Of a stretch of 64,000 bases of DNA, positions 1-10,291 are shown one piece after another. Within the stretch, counting starts at the first letter, position 1. Every line of letters begins with the position of its first letter. Both the position numbers and the translations under genes were made by a program. This DNA is from an uncultured Spirochaetota bacterium (GTDB lineage: Bacteria > Spirochaetota > Spirochaetia > SZUA-6 > Fen-1364): NCBI GenBank assembly GCA_963845535.1, contig CAWJSK010000012.1, positions 880,431 through 944,430 of the forward strand, in the 5' to 3' direction. The notes beneath the pieces are model-generated. The model worked only from the letters and a program-made list of their open reading frames with translations, was not told the DNA's origin and did not search any database.

Positions 1-1265
1 TCGAAGCGCGCTTTCAGCTCCACGAGGACCGCCACCTGCTTGCCGTTTCGCGCGGCATCCAGGAGCGCTTCCACGACGGGGGAATTGCGCCCCACGCGGT
101 ATAGCGTCTGCTTGATTGCGAGCACGTCAGGGTCCCGCGCCGCCGCGGCCAGGAAGTCCACCACCGGCGTGAACGAGTCGTAGGGGTGATGGAGAAGGAT
201 CTCCTCCCGGCGGACCGCGGCGAAGATATTCGTGTCCGGATCCTGCAGGACGGACGGCATGGCGGGAACAAACGGCGCATACTTCAGATCCGGCCTCTCC
301 AGGTCGTAGAGCTGCGAGATGTCGCTCATCCCCAGAGGAGGCTCGAGCGTGTAGATGTCCCGCGGTTCGACCTCGAGGTTCTCCACGAGGATGTCGCGGA
401 TGGCTTCCGGCATGTTCGGGTCCACCGTGACGCGGACCACCTTGCCGAAGCGCCGTTGTCTCACCCCGCGCTCGATCGTCTCCAGCAGGTCCTCGGCTTC
501 CAATTCCTGGATGGAGACCTCCGCGTCTCTCGTCACTCGGAAAGGGTAGGATTGGATCACCGTCAGGCCGGGGAACAGGGAACCGAGGTTGCGGGAGACC
601 ACCTGGTCCAGCCAGACAAAGGCGGAAGCGCCCGCGCTTTCCTTGCCGGGAACCACGGGCAGGAGGCGGGGCAACGTCCCGGGCAGTTTCACCCGCGCAA
701 AACGCTCCTGCCCGGCAGGGTCGCGTATGACAAGGGCGAGGTTCAGGCTCATGTTGGAGATGTGAGGGAACGGTCGGCCGGGGTCCACGGCAAGCGGAGT
801 CAGGACAGGGAAGACCACTTCCTGGAAGTAATGGTCCACGGAAGCCCTCTGCGTGTCGTCAAGCTCCTCATAGGAAAGTACCTTGATCCCCGCTTCCTGC
901 AGCAGCGGGAGCAGCTCCCGCAGGCAGGAGCGTGTCTGAAGCATCAACTCCTGCGACTCCTTACGGACGGCCTGAAGCTGCGCTGACGGGGTGAGTCCGG
1001 CCGGTGAGCGTTCCGCCACGCCGGCCTCGACCTGCTGCTTCAGCCCGGAGACCCTGACCATGAAGAACTCCGCCATGTTTGAGCTGACAATGGAAAGGAA
1101 CCTGACCCGCTCCAGGAGAGGGTTCGCGGGGTCCATGGCCTCTTCCAGCACACGGCGGAAAAAATCCAGAAGGGAGAGCTCGCGATCGATGAAAAGAGCG
1201 GGATCTCCCAGGTCGACGCCAGCGGCGGCAGGCTCAGGGGCGGGGGCGCGCGCGGTTTCAGGCAT
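1..1265 (-). CDS. ppk1: Polyphosphate kinase 1, N-terminal part (runs off the window)
   Basis: Manual translation from ATG 1265 gives FIDRELSLLDFFRRVLEEA..NPLLERVRFLSIVSSNMAEFFMVRV and HHPYDSF..IKQTLYR..VELKARF. The start overlaps the ppx stop. Confidence 0.95.
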   Translation of the reverse strand, partial: MPETARAPAPEPAAAGVDLGDPALFIDRELSLLDFFRRVLEEAMDPANPLLERVRFLSIVSSNMAEFFMVRVSGLKQQVEAGVAERSPAGLTPSAQLQAVRKESQELMLQTRSCLRELLPLLQEAGIKVLSYEELDDTQRASVDHYFQEVVFPVLTPLAVDPGRPFPHISNMSLNLALVIRDPAGQERFARVKLPGTLPRLLPVVPGKESAGASAFVWLDQVVSRNLGSLFPGLTVIQSYPFRVTRDAEVSIQELEAEDLLETIERGVRQRRFGKVVRVTVDPNMPEAIRDILVENLEVEPRDIYTLEPPLGMSDISQLYDLERPDLKYAPFVPAMPSVLQDPDTNIFAAVRREEILLHHPYDSFTPVVDFLAAAARDPDVLAIKQTLYRVGRNSPVVEALLDAARNGKQVAVLVELKARF

Positions 1266-2784
1266 CCGGCTCCCCCTCCTGCGACACGAGCATCACCGGG
1301 GCGCCGAAAACCCTGCGGAAAAGGTCGCTCTTTTTCTCCAGGGCCCAGCGCTCGAGCAGCAGCTCGCCCCTGTGGCCCGCGGCAATCTCGATGCGCCCGT
1401 CGCGGTGTCTCACCTCGATGCGCCGTATCTTCTCCTGGTGCTCCTTGTCCAGCGCGTCCGCAATGCGAAGGATGGCCGCCAGGCGCCGCACGCGCTCGCG
1501 GTCCGCGCTGGTCAGGAACGCGAACTCCGCGTGACGAATGCTCGGAGCGCTTTTCCTGTGGTAGCGCGCGATATTTGCAACCAGGAACATTTCGCCCGGG
1601 TTGAACCCGCTCAGCTCGCTTCTGGAGATGAGGTACAGAGAGTGCTTGTGATGCCCTTTCAGGCTCACGAAATCCCCGATGTCATGAAGGACCGCCGCCG
1701 CAATGAGAAGCCGCCTGTCGCGGGCGCCCAGCCCATGGGTGGAGGAGAGCTGGTCGAAAAGCTGGCCGGCCAGACGGGCCACGTGGACCGAGTGGGCCTC
1801 ATCGAAGGAATATTTCCTTCCGATTGCCACCGCGTCCTCCACCATGCTCTCCTCGCTTGAAATCCGGCGCACATCGATCTTTTCTGCCAGGTCGAACACG
1901 ATCCCCTCCCGAATCCCGCCCCCCGGCGCCAGGATCTCATCCGCTTTGAAAACCTCGGCCAGGTGCAGATAGACCACGGCAGCGGGGAGAATCACGTCCG
2001 CCCGGTCCGGCCGGAGCTCGAGCTCCCTCATGCGTTCCTGCACGCTCATGCGGGAAAGAGCCGTCACGACCTCTCGAAGCGCCTTGCGAGAAAGACGCAG
2101 CGTGTCCGGAGCGTCCTCAGCCTTCCCTGCTATCCTGGCCAGGACTTCGATGTTCCCCCCGGTCGCAATGAACCCCCGCGCTTGCGAGCCGCGCGCCCGG
2201 GAAGACAGACGGATGGTGGCGACGTACTGGGTGAGAAGCTCGAGGAAGTCTTTTGTCTCTTTTCCCCCGGGGGCGAACATTTCCAGGAGGCGCACCGCGC
2301 CCATGGCGTGCGTCTCACACCACAGGATCTTCGAGGCGCTGGCAAGGGACACTTCCACGCTCCCCCCGCCCAGCTCCACCATGATCCAGTGGTCCGCTCC
2401 GAGGAGAAAGCGCCGGGCCACCGCGACGTGGACCAGCCGCATTTCCTCGGGTCCTGAAATGATCTCCAGGGAGATACCCGTGCGCCTTTTCACATCGCGC
2501 ACGAACTCCCTGCGGTTGGGACTTTCGCGGACGGCGCTCGTTGCCACGGCGCGGTACTTCTGGACGCCCAGTTCCTTCATCTGGGCCGCGGCTTGCTGGA
2601 GGCCCTCCACGGCCGCAGCCTCGGCGTCCACGCGCAGGCGTCCGGTAGAGAAAACGCCGTGCCCGAAACGCACAGGGAACCGCGTCTCCGCAAGGACTCG
2701 GGAAACCGCGTCCCCGTCCATCTCGACGGCGAAAAAGCGGATCGCGTTCGTTCCCACGTCGATGGATGCGACCCGCTGGGACAC
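1258..2784 (-). CDS. ppx: Ppx/GppA exopolyphosphatase with C-terminal HD domain
   Basis: IDVGTNA, ATSAVRE, ELGGGSVE, RADVI and LHDIG..HHKHS motifs. Confidence 0.92.
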   Translation of the reverse strand: MSQRVASIDVGTNAIRFFAVEMDGDAVSRVLAETRFPVRFGHGVFSTGRLRVDAEAAAVEGLQQAAAQMKELGVQKYRAVATSAVRESPNRREFVRDVKRRTGISLEIISGPEEMRLVHVAVARRFLLGADHWIMVELGGGSVEVSLASASKILWCETHAMGAVRLLEMFAPGGKETKDFLELLTQYVATIRLSSRARGSQARGFIATGGNIEVLARIAGKAEDAPDTLRLSRKALREVVTALSRMSVQERMRELELRPDRADVILPAAVVYLHLAEVFKADEILAPGGGIREGIVFDLAEKIDVRRISSEESMVEDAVAIGRKYSFDEAHSVHVARLAGQLFDQLSSTHGLGARDRRLLIAAAVLHDIGDFVSLKGHHKHSLYLISRSELSGFNPGEMFLVANIARYHRKSAPSIRHAEFAFLTSADRERVRRLAAILRIADALDKEHQEKIRRIEVRHRDGRIEIAAGHRGELLLERWALEKKSDLFRRVFGAPVMLVSQEGEPDA

Positions 2785-2789
2785 GAGCT

Positions 2790-3449
2790 CTACCGCTCCT
2801 CTGCCCTGTGGTGCTTGATCACCCTACCTTCCGTCATGTAGATCACGTCCTCGCCGATGTTCGTAGACAGGTCCGCAATACGTTCCAGGTTGCCCGCAAT
2901 CTTTAAAATACACAAGCTCCGCTCGATGGTGAAGTGGTCCGTCGTCATGGAGGCGCTGATTCGCTCGAGCATTTCTGCGGCCATCTGGTCCACCACGGCG
3001 TCCGCCTCGCACACCTGCTTTCCCAGCTCTGCATCTGCCTCGATGAAGCTGCGGACGGCCCGGTCCACCATGCTGAGGGTTTCATCGAAAAGCCGAAGCA
3101 GGTCCTTGTCCGGCTCGGTGGTGGAAAGTCCGCCGCAATCCAGCGCGGCCTCGGCAATGTTCACCGCGTGGTCAGCCATGCGCTCCAGGTCGTTCGTCAT
3201 GCTTCGCACCATGAGGATGGTGCGGAGCTCCTTCGCCATGGGCTGGTGCTGCGCAATGAGGGAGGTGCACTCCTCCTCCAGCTCGACCTCGAACTCGTTC
3301 GCGCGCGGCTCGGCCTTCTCCACCACGTCGGTGAGAGCCTCGACCCTCCGCGTGAAGAGCGACGCCCGGCATTGGGAAATCATGTCCTCGACGTGCCGGG
3401 CGTAGGACACCACACGCGCCGAAAGGTCCTCGATCTGCGCTATGGGCAT
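2790..3449 (-). CDS. phoU: Phosphate signalling protein PhoU
   Basis: QPMAKELR, DLERMADHAVNIAE and LERIADLSTNIGEDVIY motifs; follows pstB. Confidence 0.95.
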   Translation of the reverse strand: MPIAQIEDLSARVVSYARHVEDMISQCRASLFTRRVEALTDVVEKAEPRANEFEVELEEECTSLIAQHQPMAKELRTILMVRSMTNDLERMADHAVNIAEAALDCGGLSTTEPDKDLLRLFDETLSMVDRAVRSFIEADAELGKQVCEADAVVDQMAAEMLERISASMTTDHFTIERSLCILKIAGNLERIADLSTNIGEDVIYMTEGRVIKHHRAEER

Positions 3450-3457
3450 GATGTCTC

Positions 3458-4237
3458 CTATCCGAACTTCCCGGACAGGTACTCCTCCGTACGCTTGTCC
3501 TTGGGAACGGTGAACAGCCTGTTCGTGGGCCCGAACTCCACGAGCTCTCCGAGGTGGATGAACGCGGTGAAGTCGGAGATCCGCGCGGCCTGGGGGATGT
3601 TGTGGGTGACCTGGACGATCGTGACGGTCCCCTTGAGAGACACGATCAGCTCTTCGATGGCCGCCGTGGCCTTGGGGTCAAGCGCCGAGGTGGGCTCATC
3701 CAGGAGCAGGACCTCGGGCTTCATTGCCAGGGCGCGCGCAATGCACAGCCTCTGCTGCTGGCCGCCGGAGAGGAAGGTGCCGCGGCGGTACAGCGAGTCC
3801 TTCACCTCGTCCCAGAGAGCCACGCGGCGAAGCGTTTCCTCGACAATCTGGTCCCGCTCATCCCTGTCCATGCGCGCGCCGTTCAGCGTGTAGCCGGCCA
3901 CCACGTTGTCGTAGATGCTCATGGTCGGGAACGGATTGGGCCTCTGGAACACCATCCCGATGCGCCGACGCAGCAGGATGGGATTGATGCGGTACACGTT
4001 CTCCCCGTCCAGGAGCACTTCCCCGCTCACGCGCGCGTTGGCATTCAGCTCGTGCATGCGGTTGATGCAGCGCATGAAGGTCGTCTTGCCGCACCCGGAC
4101 GGACCCATGATCGCGGTGACGCGTTGCCGGGGGACCGCGAGGGAAACCCCCAACACGACATCATTTCCGTCGAAACCCGCCGTGAGGGAGCGCGTTTCAA
4201 GGATGACTTCTTCGGCTGTCAGAACTGAATCTTCCAT
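3458..4237 (-). CDS. pstB: Phosphate ABC transporter ATPase
   Basis: GPSGCGKT, VFQRPNPFP, LSGGQQQRLCIARALA and DEPTSALDP motifs; ends YLSGKFG. Confidence 0.97.
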   Translation of the reverse strand: MEDSVLTAEEVILETRSLTAGFDGNDVVLGVSLAVPRQRVTAIMGPSGCGKTTFMRCINRMHELNANARVSGEVLLDGENVYRINPILLRRRIGMVFQRPNPFPTMSIYDNVVAGYTLNGARMDRDERDQIVEETLRRVALWDEVKDSLYRRGTFLSGGQQQRLCIARALAMKPEVLLLDEPTSALDPKATAAIEELIVSLKGTVTIVQVTHNIPQAARISDFTAFIHLGELVEFGPTNRLFTVPKDKRTEEYLSGKFG

Positions 4238-5139
4238 CTTGATGTCACCAGCTTAGTCACGAGATTCAGGGCAAGGACGACCACCAGGAGCACGAAGGAG
4301 GCGCCCCACGCAAGGGACTGCCATTCGGGGTACGGGCTTGTGGCATAGAAGAAAATCGTCTGCGGCAGCGACGCAACAGGCTTGAGGATGCTGTACTCCA
4401 TGTAAGGGCTGCCGAAGGAGGTGAAAAGAAGAGGCGCCGTCTCTCCCGCGGCCCTGGCAACAGCCAGAAGGGTCCCCGTGATGACTCCGCTTGCCCCGGC
4501 AGGGAGTATGACCTTGAGCACCGTACGCGGGTAGGAAACTCCGAGCGCCAGCGCGGCCTCGCGAAGGCTCACGGGGATCAGGAGGAGGGTTTCCTCGGTG
4601 GACAGCGTTATGACGGGGAGCATGATCATTGCCAGGGCCACCCCGCCGGAAAGAGCGGAGAAGTGCCCCATGGTGCGAACCACCCAGACGTAGGCGACAA
4701 TTCCTATCACGATGGATGGGACGCCCATCAGTGTTTCAACAGAAAGCCGGGTCAACCTGCCAAGGCCGCTTTTGCCGCTCTCCGACAGGAAAATCCCGGC
4801 AAGGATGCCTAACGGAATCGAGATCACCGACGCCAGGACAATCAGCATGATGGTCCCGACAATGGCGTTGGCAATGCCTCCGCCGGCCTCCCCCATAGGC
4901 TTCGGCAGCTCCGTCAGAAACTGCCAGTTGATGGAAGAGGCGCCGCGCACAATGACGAAAATCAGGATCAGAACAAGAGGCAGCGTTGCGATAAGGGAGA
5001 TGGCAAGAACGCCGCCCAGGAAAGCCTTGTCCCCGTGGAGCCGGGCCCGGATCTCTGCGTCAGGAGAAGACCCTCTCATGATGCTCTGCTGAGCGCGCGC
5101 CGCGGGCTCCTCTCGGACCTTTGCGAGGTTGTCTGCCAT
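4219..5139 (-). CDS. pstA: Phosphate ABC permease PstA
   Basis: GVPSIVIG, LREAALALG and ARAAGETAPLL motifs. Confidence 0.95.
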   Translation of the reverse strand: MADNLAKVREEPAARAQQSIMRGSSPDAEIRARLHGDKAFLGGVLAISLIATLPLVLILIFVIVRGASSINWQFLTELPKPMGEAGGGIANAIVGTIMLIVLASVISIPLGILAGIFLSESGKSGLGRLTRLSVETLMGVPSIVIGIVAYVWVVRTMGHFSALSGGVALAMIMLPVITLSTEETLLLIPVSLREAALALGVSYPRTVLKVILPAGASGVITGTLLAVARAAGETAPLLFTSFGSPYMEYSILKPVASLPQTIFFYATSPYPEWQSLAWGASFVLLVVVLALNLVTKLVTSRWKIQF

Positions 5140-5140
5140 G

Positions 5141-6022
5141 TCACGCGGCCTCCACCATCCTGTTGATTACCACCTTGCCGAGGATGTTGATCACCGTGCT
5201 GATCACGAAAAGCAGGAGCGCAATCTCAACGAGGCTGGCCAGGTAGACAGCCCCCTGCGCCTCGGAGAACTCGTTGGCAATGAGGCTAGCCATCGTGTTG
5301 CCGGGGGAAAGAAGGTTCAGCGTGATCGTATTCGAATTACCAATAACCATGGTGACTGCCATGGTCTCTCCGAGCGCCCGCCCCAGGGACAGGAAGATGC
5401 CGCCCAGGATTCCCGACCTCGCGTACGGCAGGGAGACTTTCCACACCATTTCGGACCGCGTGGAACCCAGGGACAAAGCTGCCTCTTTCAGGTCGGCCGG
5501 GACGAGCAAGAGCATCTCCCGTCCGATGGATGCCGAGTACGGAAGGATCATGAACGCGAGGAGGATGGAGGAAGTGAGGATCCCGACCCCGAACGGCGGC
5601 ACGCCGAGAAGGAGCTGGATGACCCTGACCGCGGGAACGAGGAAGAACAGGCCGATAAAGCCGTAGACGATAGATGGTATCCCGGCGAGCAGCTCGACCG
5701 CAGTTCTCATCACAGAAGCGAATGCCCCTGTGCGGAAATATTCACCCATCAGAATTGCGAGCGCGAGGGAAAGAATCGTGGCAATTGCCAGGGCAATGAG
5801 GGAGGTGACGAGCGTTCCGAACACGAACGGCAGCGCGTGGAAGCTGTTAGTGACGGGGTCCCATTCGCTGCCGGTGAGAAAACGGAAACCGTTTGCCACA
5901 AGCGCAGGGCGGGAGGAGAGTACAAGGGACAGGAGGATCGCAATGAGCAGGACGCTCACCACGATTCCTCCGAAGAAAAGAACCGTTCGAAACGCCGAAT
6001 CAGAAGCCCGCGTGGTCCTCAT
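5141..6022 (-). CDS. pstC: Phosphate ABC permease PstC
   Basis: ELLAGIPSIVYG, GRALGETMAVTMVIGN and IANEFSEA motifs. Confidence 0.95.
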   Translation of the reverse strand: MRTTRASDSAFRTVLFFGGIVVSVLLIAILLSLVLSSRPALVANGFRFLTGSEWDPVTNSFHALPFVFGTLVTSLIALAIATILSLALAILMGEYFRTGAFASVMRTAVELLAGIPSIVYGFIGLFFLVPAVRVIQLLLGVPPFGVGILTSSILLAFMILPYSASIGREMLLLVPADLKEAALSLGSTRSEMVWKVSLPYARSGILGGIFLSLGRALGETMAVTMVIGNSNTITLNLLSPGNTMASLIANEFSEAQGAVYLASLVEIALLLFVISTVINILGKVVINRMVEAA

Positions 6023-6047
6023 TCTTTCCTTGTCCCGTCGAAGCGCC

Positions 6048-7097
6048 TTACATTCCGCCCAGGAGAGGCTGGCCGTCCCAGGTGATCGACTTCAGGATGA
6101 CTTCGGCCTTCTTCACAACGGGCGCGGGCAGCACCGCGTAGGAAAGCGGCTCTGCGTACTTCTGCCCGTCATGGGTCATCCACCAGATCATTTTCAGAAG
6201 GGCTTCGACCTTGGCCTTCTGATGATTGCCGTAGTTCTGCTCCTTGTAAAGGAGGAGCCACGTGAAGCTGGCAATGGGGTATCCCTCGGGCGCATCCGAG
6301 TTCGTCGTGCTGAGCTTTGTTACGTCCGCGGGGACCGGAACGTTCGCCGCCGTGCTCGTGCTTGCCAGGGAGGCCTTGATCCAGTTGCCGCTCTTGTTCT
6401 TGAGCAGCGCGTACGACATGTTGTTCTGCAGGGCATAGATCAGCTCGACGTACCCGAAAGACCCCGGAAGCTGCTGCACAAGCCCAGCTACGCCCGGGTT
6501 TCCTTTCCCGCCAATACCCACGGGCCAGTTGAGCGAGGTGCCAGTGCCGACCTTTTCTTTCCACTCATTGGACACCTTGCACAGGTAGTCGCTGAATACG
6601 CCCGTGGTGCCACTGCCGTCCGAGCGGTGCACGACGGTGATGTTCATGTTGGGGAACTTCACATTGGGGTTGATCTCGGCGATCCGGGGATCGTTCCAAT
6701 TTTTGATCTTGCCAAGGAAGATGTCGGCGATGATGTCGCCGGTAAACCTGAGCTGCGGGTTGCCCGGCAGGTTGGAGGCCATAACCACGGCGCCCGCTAC
6801 CGTCGGGATTTGCACGATCTCCGCGGGAGCGTCCGAGAGGTCCTTTGCGGTCATGACGACGTCCGATGCGCCGAAATCCACCGTTCTGCCCTTGATCTGG
6901 GCCTGTCCGCCGCCGGAGCCGATGGCCTGGTAGTTCACCTTGACGCCGAACTCCTTGGCATACTGGTCGAACATCTTGAGATACAACGGCGCCGGAAACG
7001 TCGCGCCGGCCCCCACGAACTCGAAATTCTGCGCAAAACCGGCCCCGCCAAGGGAGACGATCAGGGCAGCGGCCATGAAAAGCCTCGATACCTTCAC
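6048..7097 (-). CDS. pstS: Phosphate-binding protein PstS
   Basis: Signal peptide; GAGATFPAP, GSGGG, DFGASD and RSDGSGTT motifs. Confidence 0.97.
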   Translation of the reverse strand: MKVSRLFMAAALIVSLGGAGFAQNFEFVGAGATFPAPLYLKMFDQYAKEFGVKVNYQAIGSGGGQAQIKGRTVDFGASDVVMTAKDLSDAPAEIVQIPTVAGAVVMASNLPGNPQLRFTGDIIADIFLGKIKNWNDPRIAEINPNVKFPNMNITVVHRSDGSGTTGVFSDYLCKVSNEWKEKVGTGTSLNWPVGIGGKGNPGVAGLVQQLPGSFGYVELIYALQNNMSYALLKNKSGNWIKASLASTSTAANVPVPADVTKLSTTNSDAPEGYPIASFTWLLLYKEQNYGNHQKAKVEALLKMIWWMTHDGQKYAEPLSYAVLPAPVVKKAEVILKSITWDGQPLLGGM

Positions 7098-7166
7098 TGG
7101 GTGCTCCTCCTTTAAATGTAGTCAGAATTCGCGCCTTCATGGCGCAGGACCAATCTCACCGGCCGT

Positions 7167-7206
7167 TGTTAGTGAGCAGTGAAGGTAGTGTTAATTTTCC
7201 GTTAAT
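7167..7206 (-). promoter_or_regulatory. Pho-box array upstream of pstS
   Basis: Minus strand TTAAC/TTAAC/TTCAC/CTAAC at exact 11-bp periodicity between the phoR stop and the pstS start. Confidence 0.7.
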
Positions 7207-7208
7207 TC

Positions 7209-8939
7209 TCACCCCTGGACCGGAAGCCGAACAATGAAGCTCGTGCCGCGGCCCGGCACGCTTTCCACCACCACCGTGCCTCCGTGGCTCTGCACGATGT
7301 GCTTCACGATCGAAAGCCCCAGCCCCGTGCCTCCGAGCTTTCGGGAGCGCGACTTGTCCACCACGTAGAAGCGCTCGAACAACCGCGGGATGTGCTCTTC
7401 GGCTATTCCGAGGCCCGTGTCGCTCACCTCGATGCGCATCCACTCCCGCTCCTGGCGGACGTCCACGCTGACCTCGCCGGCCTCCGTGAACTTCAGCGCG
7501 TTGTCGAGGAGGTTCACCAGCATCTGCTCCACGAGAAACGAATCCGCGAACACGCGGGGGAGGAAATCAGGGACGGAGACTTTCAGGGAAAGTCCCTTTG
7601 CCTGGGCGCGGTTGGCGAACATCCCCGCAACGTCGGCCACAACCTTCTCCAGGGCCACCGGCTCGCGGGAGCGTTCGACTCCCCGGGCTTCCAGGCTCGA
7701 GAGGAGGAGCAGGTCTTCGACGATGGCGGACATTCGCTGGGAGTTGCGGCGGATCGTCTCGACCCATCGCTCCGAATCTCCGGAGAGCTGGCCTTCCAGC
7801 ATCTCGAGGGAACCGCGGATGGAGGTGAGCGGCGTGCGAAGCTCGTGGGAGGCGTTGACCACGAAGTCCCGTTTCACCGTCTCCAGCCGCCTGATGTCGC
7901 TCGTGTCATGAAGGACCACGATCAGCTCATCTCGGCCCGCCATGCGCTGCACCGTGCACAGGAGCCATCCCTCCCCGCAGGCCACTTCCTCTGATCTTCT
8001 CTCCCCCGTGGCTCTGGCTTCCTGCACGAGCTCGATGAGCCGGGGGGCGCGCACGAGCTCCCACAGGGTGCGCCCCTCCACCGTGTCGGTCTCCGCCAGG
8101 GCTTCGAATCCCTTGTTGAACCTCACGATCCGCCCGTTCCTGTCCAAGAGGACGATTCCTTCTTGGACAGAGGAGAATATGCCGTCCAGCTCCTGCGCGC
8201 GCCGGGCGCTGTCCAGGAAAAGTCCTTGCACGCGTTCTCCCATTGTGTTGAACGCTTCCGCAAGCTCCCGGATCTCATCACGCCTGCGAAGGTGAAGCCG
8301 GGCGCCGAAATCCCCGGATGCAAACCGAGTGACTGCCCCCGCGAGGTCGCGCAAAGGGGAAAGGATGGACCGCGTGAACGCCAGCGCAAAAAGGAGACAG
8401 ACCACCAGGAGCGGGCCCACGAACAGCAGGAGGTTCGTGGTCTCCCGCGGATACGCGGCCTCCAGCTCCTCCCGGGGGCTCGAAGCGCGCACAACGCCGT
8501 GGACCATCCCGTTCACGGTGACCGGCACGGCCACGTACACGGTCCAGCGCCGCACGGTGCTCGAGAGGCGCGAGGAAACCCCGATCTCCCCCTGCATTGC
8601 GGCGGCCACCTCGGGCCGCAAGGAGTGGTTTTCCATCCGAGACGGGTCTTCTTCGGAATCCGCCAGGACGACACCGCGGGCGTCGATCAGCGTGATGCGC
8701 TCATGCGCCTCCTGCGCCATGCGGGCGGTCAGAGAATTGAGCTCCGCGCTCCTGCCGTTCGCCATGAGGCCCGCGGCGGCGCCCCTGGCTGTCAAGGCCC
8801 CTTCTTCGAGACCGTGCACGACCCGGTCGAACGACATGCCCCGCACGATGCTCAGTGAATAGATGAAGAAAGCGAGCAGGACGAGGACGCAGAGAAGGGA
8901 GAATCGGACAAAGACCTTGCTCAGGAAGAGACGGCTCAC
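7209..8939 (-). CDS. phoR: PhoR-like sensor histidine kinase (HAMP, PAS, HisKA, HATPase)
   Basis: MENHSLRPEV, NASHELRTPLTSI, NLLDNALKF and GGTGLGLSIVKH motifs; pst context. Confidence 0.88.
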   Translation of the reverse strand: MSRLFLSKVFVRFSLLCVLVLLAFFIYSLSIVRGMSFDRVVHGLEEGALTARGAAAGLMANGRSAELNSLTARMAQEAHERITLIDARGVVLADSEEDPSRMENHSLRPEVAAAMQGEIGVSSRLSSTVRRWTVYVAVPVTVNGMVHGVVRASSPREELEAAYPRETTNLLLFVGPLLVVCLLFALAFTRSILSPLRDLAGAVTRFASGDFGARLHLRRRDEIRELAEAFNTMGERVQGLFLDSARRAQELDGIFSSVQEGIVLLDRNGRIVRFNKGFEALAETDTVEGRTLWELVRAPRLIELVQEARATGERRSEEVACGEGWLLCTVQRMAGRDELIVVLHDTSDIRRLETVKRDFVVNASHELRTPLTSIRGSLEMLEGQLSGDSERWVETIRRNSQRMSAIVEDLLLLSSLEARGVERSREPVALEKVVADVAGMFANRAQAKGLSLKVSVPDFLPRVFADSFLVEQMLVNLLDNALKFTEAGEVSVDVRQEREWMRIEVSDTGLGIAEEHIPRLFERFYVVDKSRSRKLGGTGLGLSIVKHIVQSHGGTVVVESVPGRGTSFIVRLPVQG

Positions 8940-9646
8940 CGGCCCTCCGAAGCGGCGGCCCCCGCGGAGATGAGCTTGTAGCCAATGCCCCGCACATTCA
9001 CGATTCGGGTCCCATGGCCGCCGAGCTTGTCCCGCAGGTGCTTCACGTGCACGTCCACGGACCTGTCAGTGACGTTCTTCTCGTTGCCCCAGAGATGGTC
9101 GAGGATCTTCTCCCGGGAGAAGACCCAGCCAACGCGGGACGCCAGGAGCTGGAGGATGCGGAACTCCGCCTGCGTCAGCTCCAGACGGGCCCCTCCCACG
9201 AAAGCCTCAACGGTGTCGGTGTCAATGACCAGCCCGTCACCCGCGTCAATACGGGCGCGCGCGACCTCCGGGGCGGCGCGGCGCAGAACCGCCTTCACGC
9301 GGGCGGCGAGCTCCTTCGGGGAAAACGGCTTCACGACGTAGTCGTCAGCGCCCAGCTCCAGCCCGAGGACCCTGTCCGCTTCCTCCGCGCGCGCCGTCAG
9401 GATGATGACCGGGATGGCGGAAAGGTTGCGGTCCGCCCGCATCCTGCGGCAGACCTCGAAGCCATCCGTATCCGGAAGCATTACGTCGAGGACCACGAGG
9501 TCCGGCCTGTCGGCTGCCAGTGACGCGAGGAAGCCCCGTCCGTCAGGGTGCTCGCGGACGCGGAAGCGCTCCTTCTTCAAGGCCGCCGTGACAAGCGCGC
9601 GGATGTCGTCTTCGTCCTCCACGATTGCTACCAGCTCATTCATCAC
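8936..9646 (-). CDS. phoB: PhoB/OmpR-family response regulator
   Basis: LDVMLP, GADDYVVKPF and DRSVDVHVKHLRDKL motifs; overlaps the phoR start. Confidence 0.82.
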   Translation of the reverse strand: MMNELVAIVEDEDDIRALVTAALKKERFRVREHPDGRGFLASLAADRPDLVVLDVMLPDTDGFEVCRRMRADRNLSAIPVIILTARAEEADRVLGLELGADDYVVKPFSPKELAARVKAVLRRAAPEVARARIDAGDGLVIDTDTVEAFVGGARLELTQAEFRILQLLASRVGWVFSREKILDHLWGNEKNVTDRSVDVHVKHLRDKLGGHGTRIVNVRGIGYKLISAGAAASEGR

Positions 9647-9667
9647 CCCGACTGTAAAGCAAACGGC

Positions 9668-10291
9668 TCAGCTCTGCAACGCCGGCCCCGAAGCGCGTCG
9701 GGCGGCGGCGCGCCTTCGCGAGGCAAGCTCCGCCCAGCGGAAGCAGCTCACGAGGTGATCGTTGACCACGCCGACCGCCTGCAGGTGTGAGTAGATGATC
9801 GTGGAGCCGACGAAGGAAAACCCCCTCGCCTTGAGGTCCTTGGAAAGCTGATCGGAAAGCTCGCTGCGGGGCGGGACCTCGGAAATCGTCTCCCAGTGGT
9901 TCACCACCGGCTTGCCCTGCGTCCACTTCCACAGATACGCGTCGAACGTGCCGAACTCGTCGACAACCTCCAGGAGCCTGCGCGCATTGTCGATGGAGGA
10001 TTCTATCTTGGCCCGGTTTCGGATGATCCCCGCGTCCGCGAGCAGCCGCTCCACGTCGCGTTTCCCGAACTTCGCAACACGGGCGGGGTCGAAACCACGG
10101 TAGGCCCGACGGTACGCGTCGCGCTTTCGCAGCACGGTGAGCCAGGAAAGACCCGCCTGCGCCGCTTCCAGGACCAGGAACTCGAAGTGCCGTACATCGT
10201 CATGGGTCGGAGCGCCCCATTCCTCATCGTGGTACAGCGCAAGGGTCTCATTGGAGGAGGCCCAGCCGCAACGCACCCTCGTGGAGCTCAT
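9668..10291 (-). CDS. tag: DNA-3-methyladenine glycosylase I
   Basis: RCGW, YHDEEWG, QAGLSW, IIRNRAKI and NDHLVSC motifs. Confidence 0.95.
   Translation of the reverse strand: MSSTRVRCGWASSNETLALYHDEEWGAPTHDDVRHFEFLVLEAAQAGLSWLTVLRKRDAYRRAYRGFDPARVAKFGKRDVERLLADAGIIRNRAKIESSIDNARRLLEVVDEFGTFDAYLWKWTQGKPVVNHWETISEVPPRSELSDQLSKDLKARGFSFVGSTIIYSHLQAVGVVNDHLVSCFRWAELASRRRAAARRASGPALQS

Noticed and set aside
186..1860. Plus-strand ORFs, and similar long antisense ORFs such as 12049-13482, 33779-35377 and 57569-59251
   Set aside because: They are shadows of well-identified genes on the opposite strand in GC-rich DNA.
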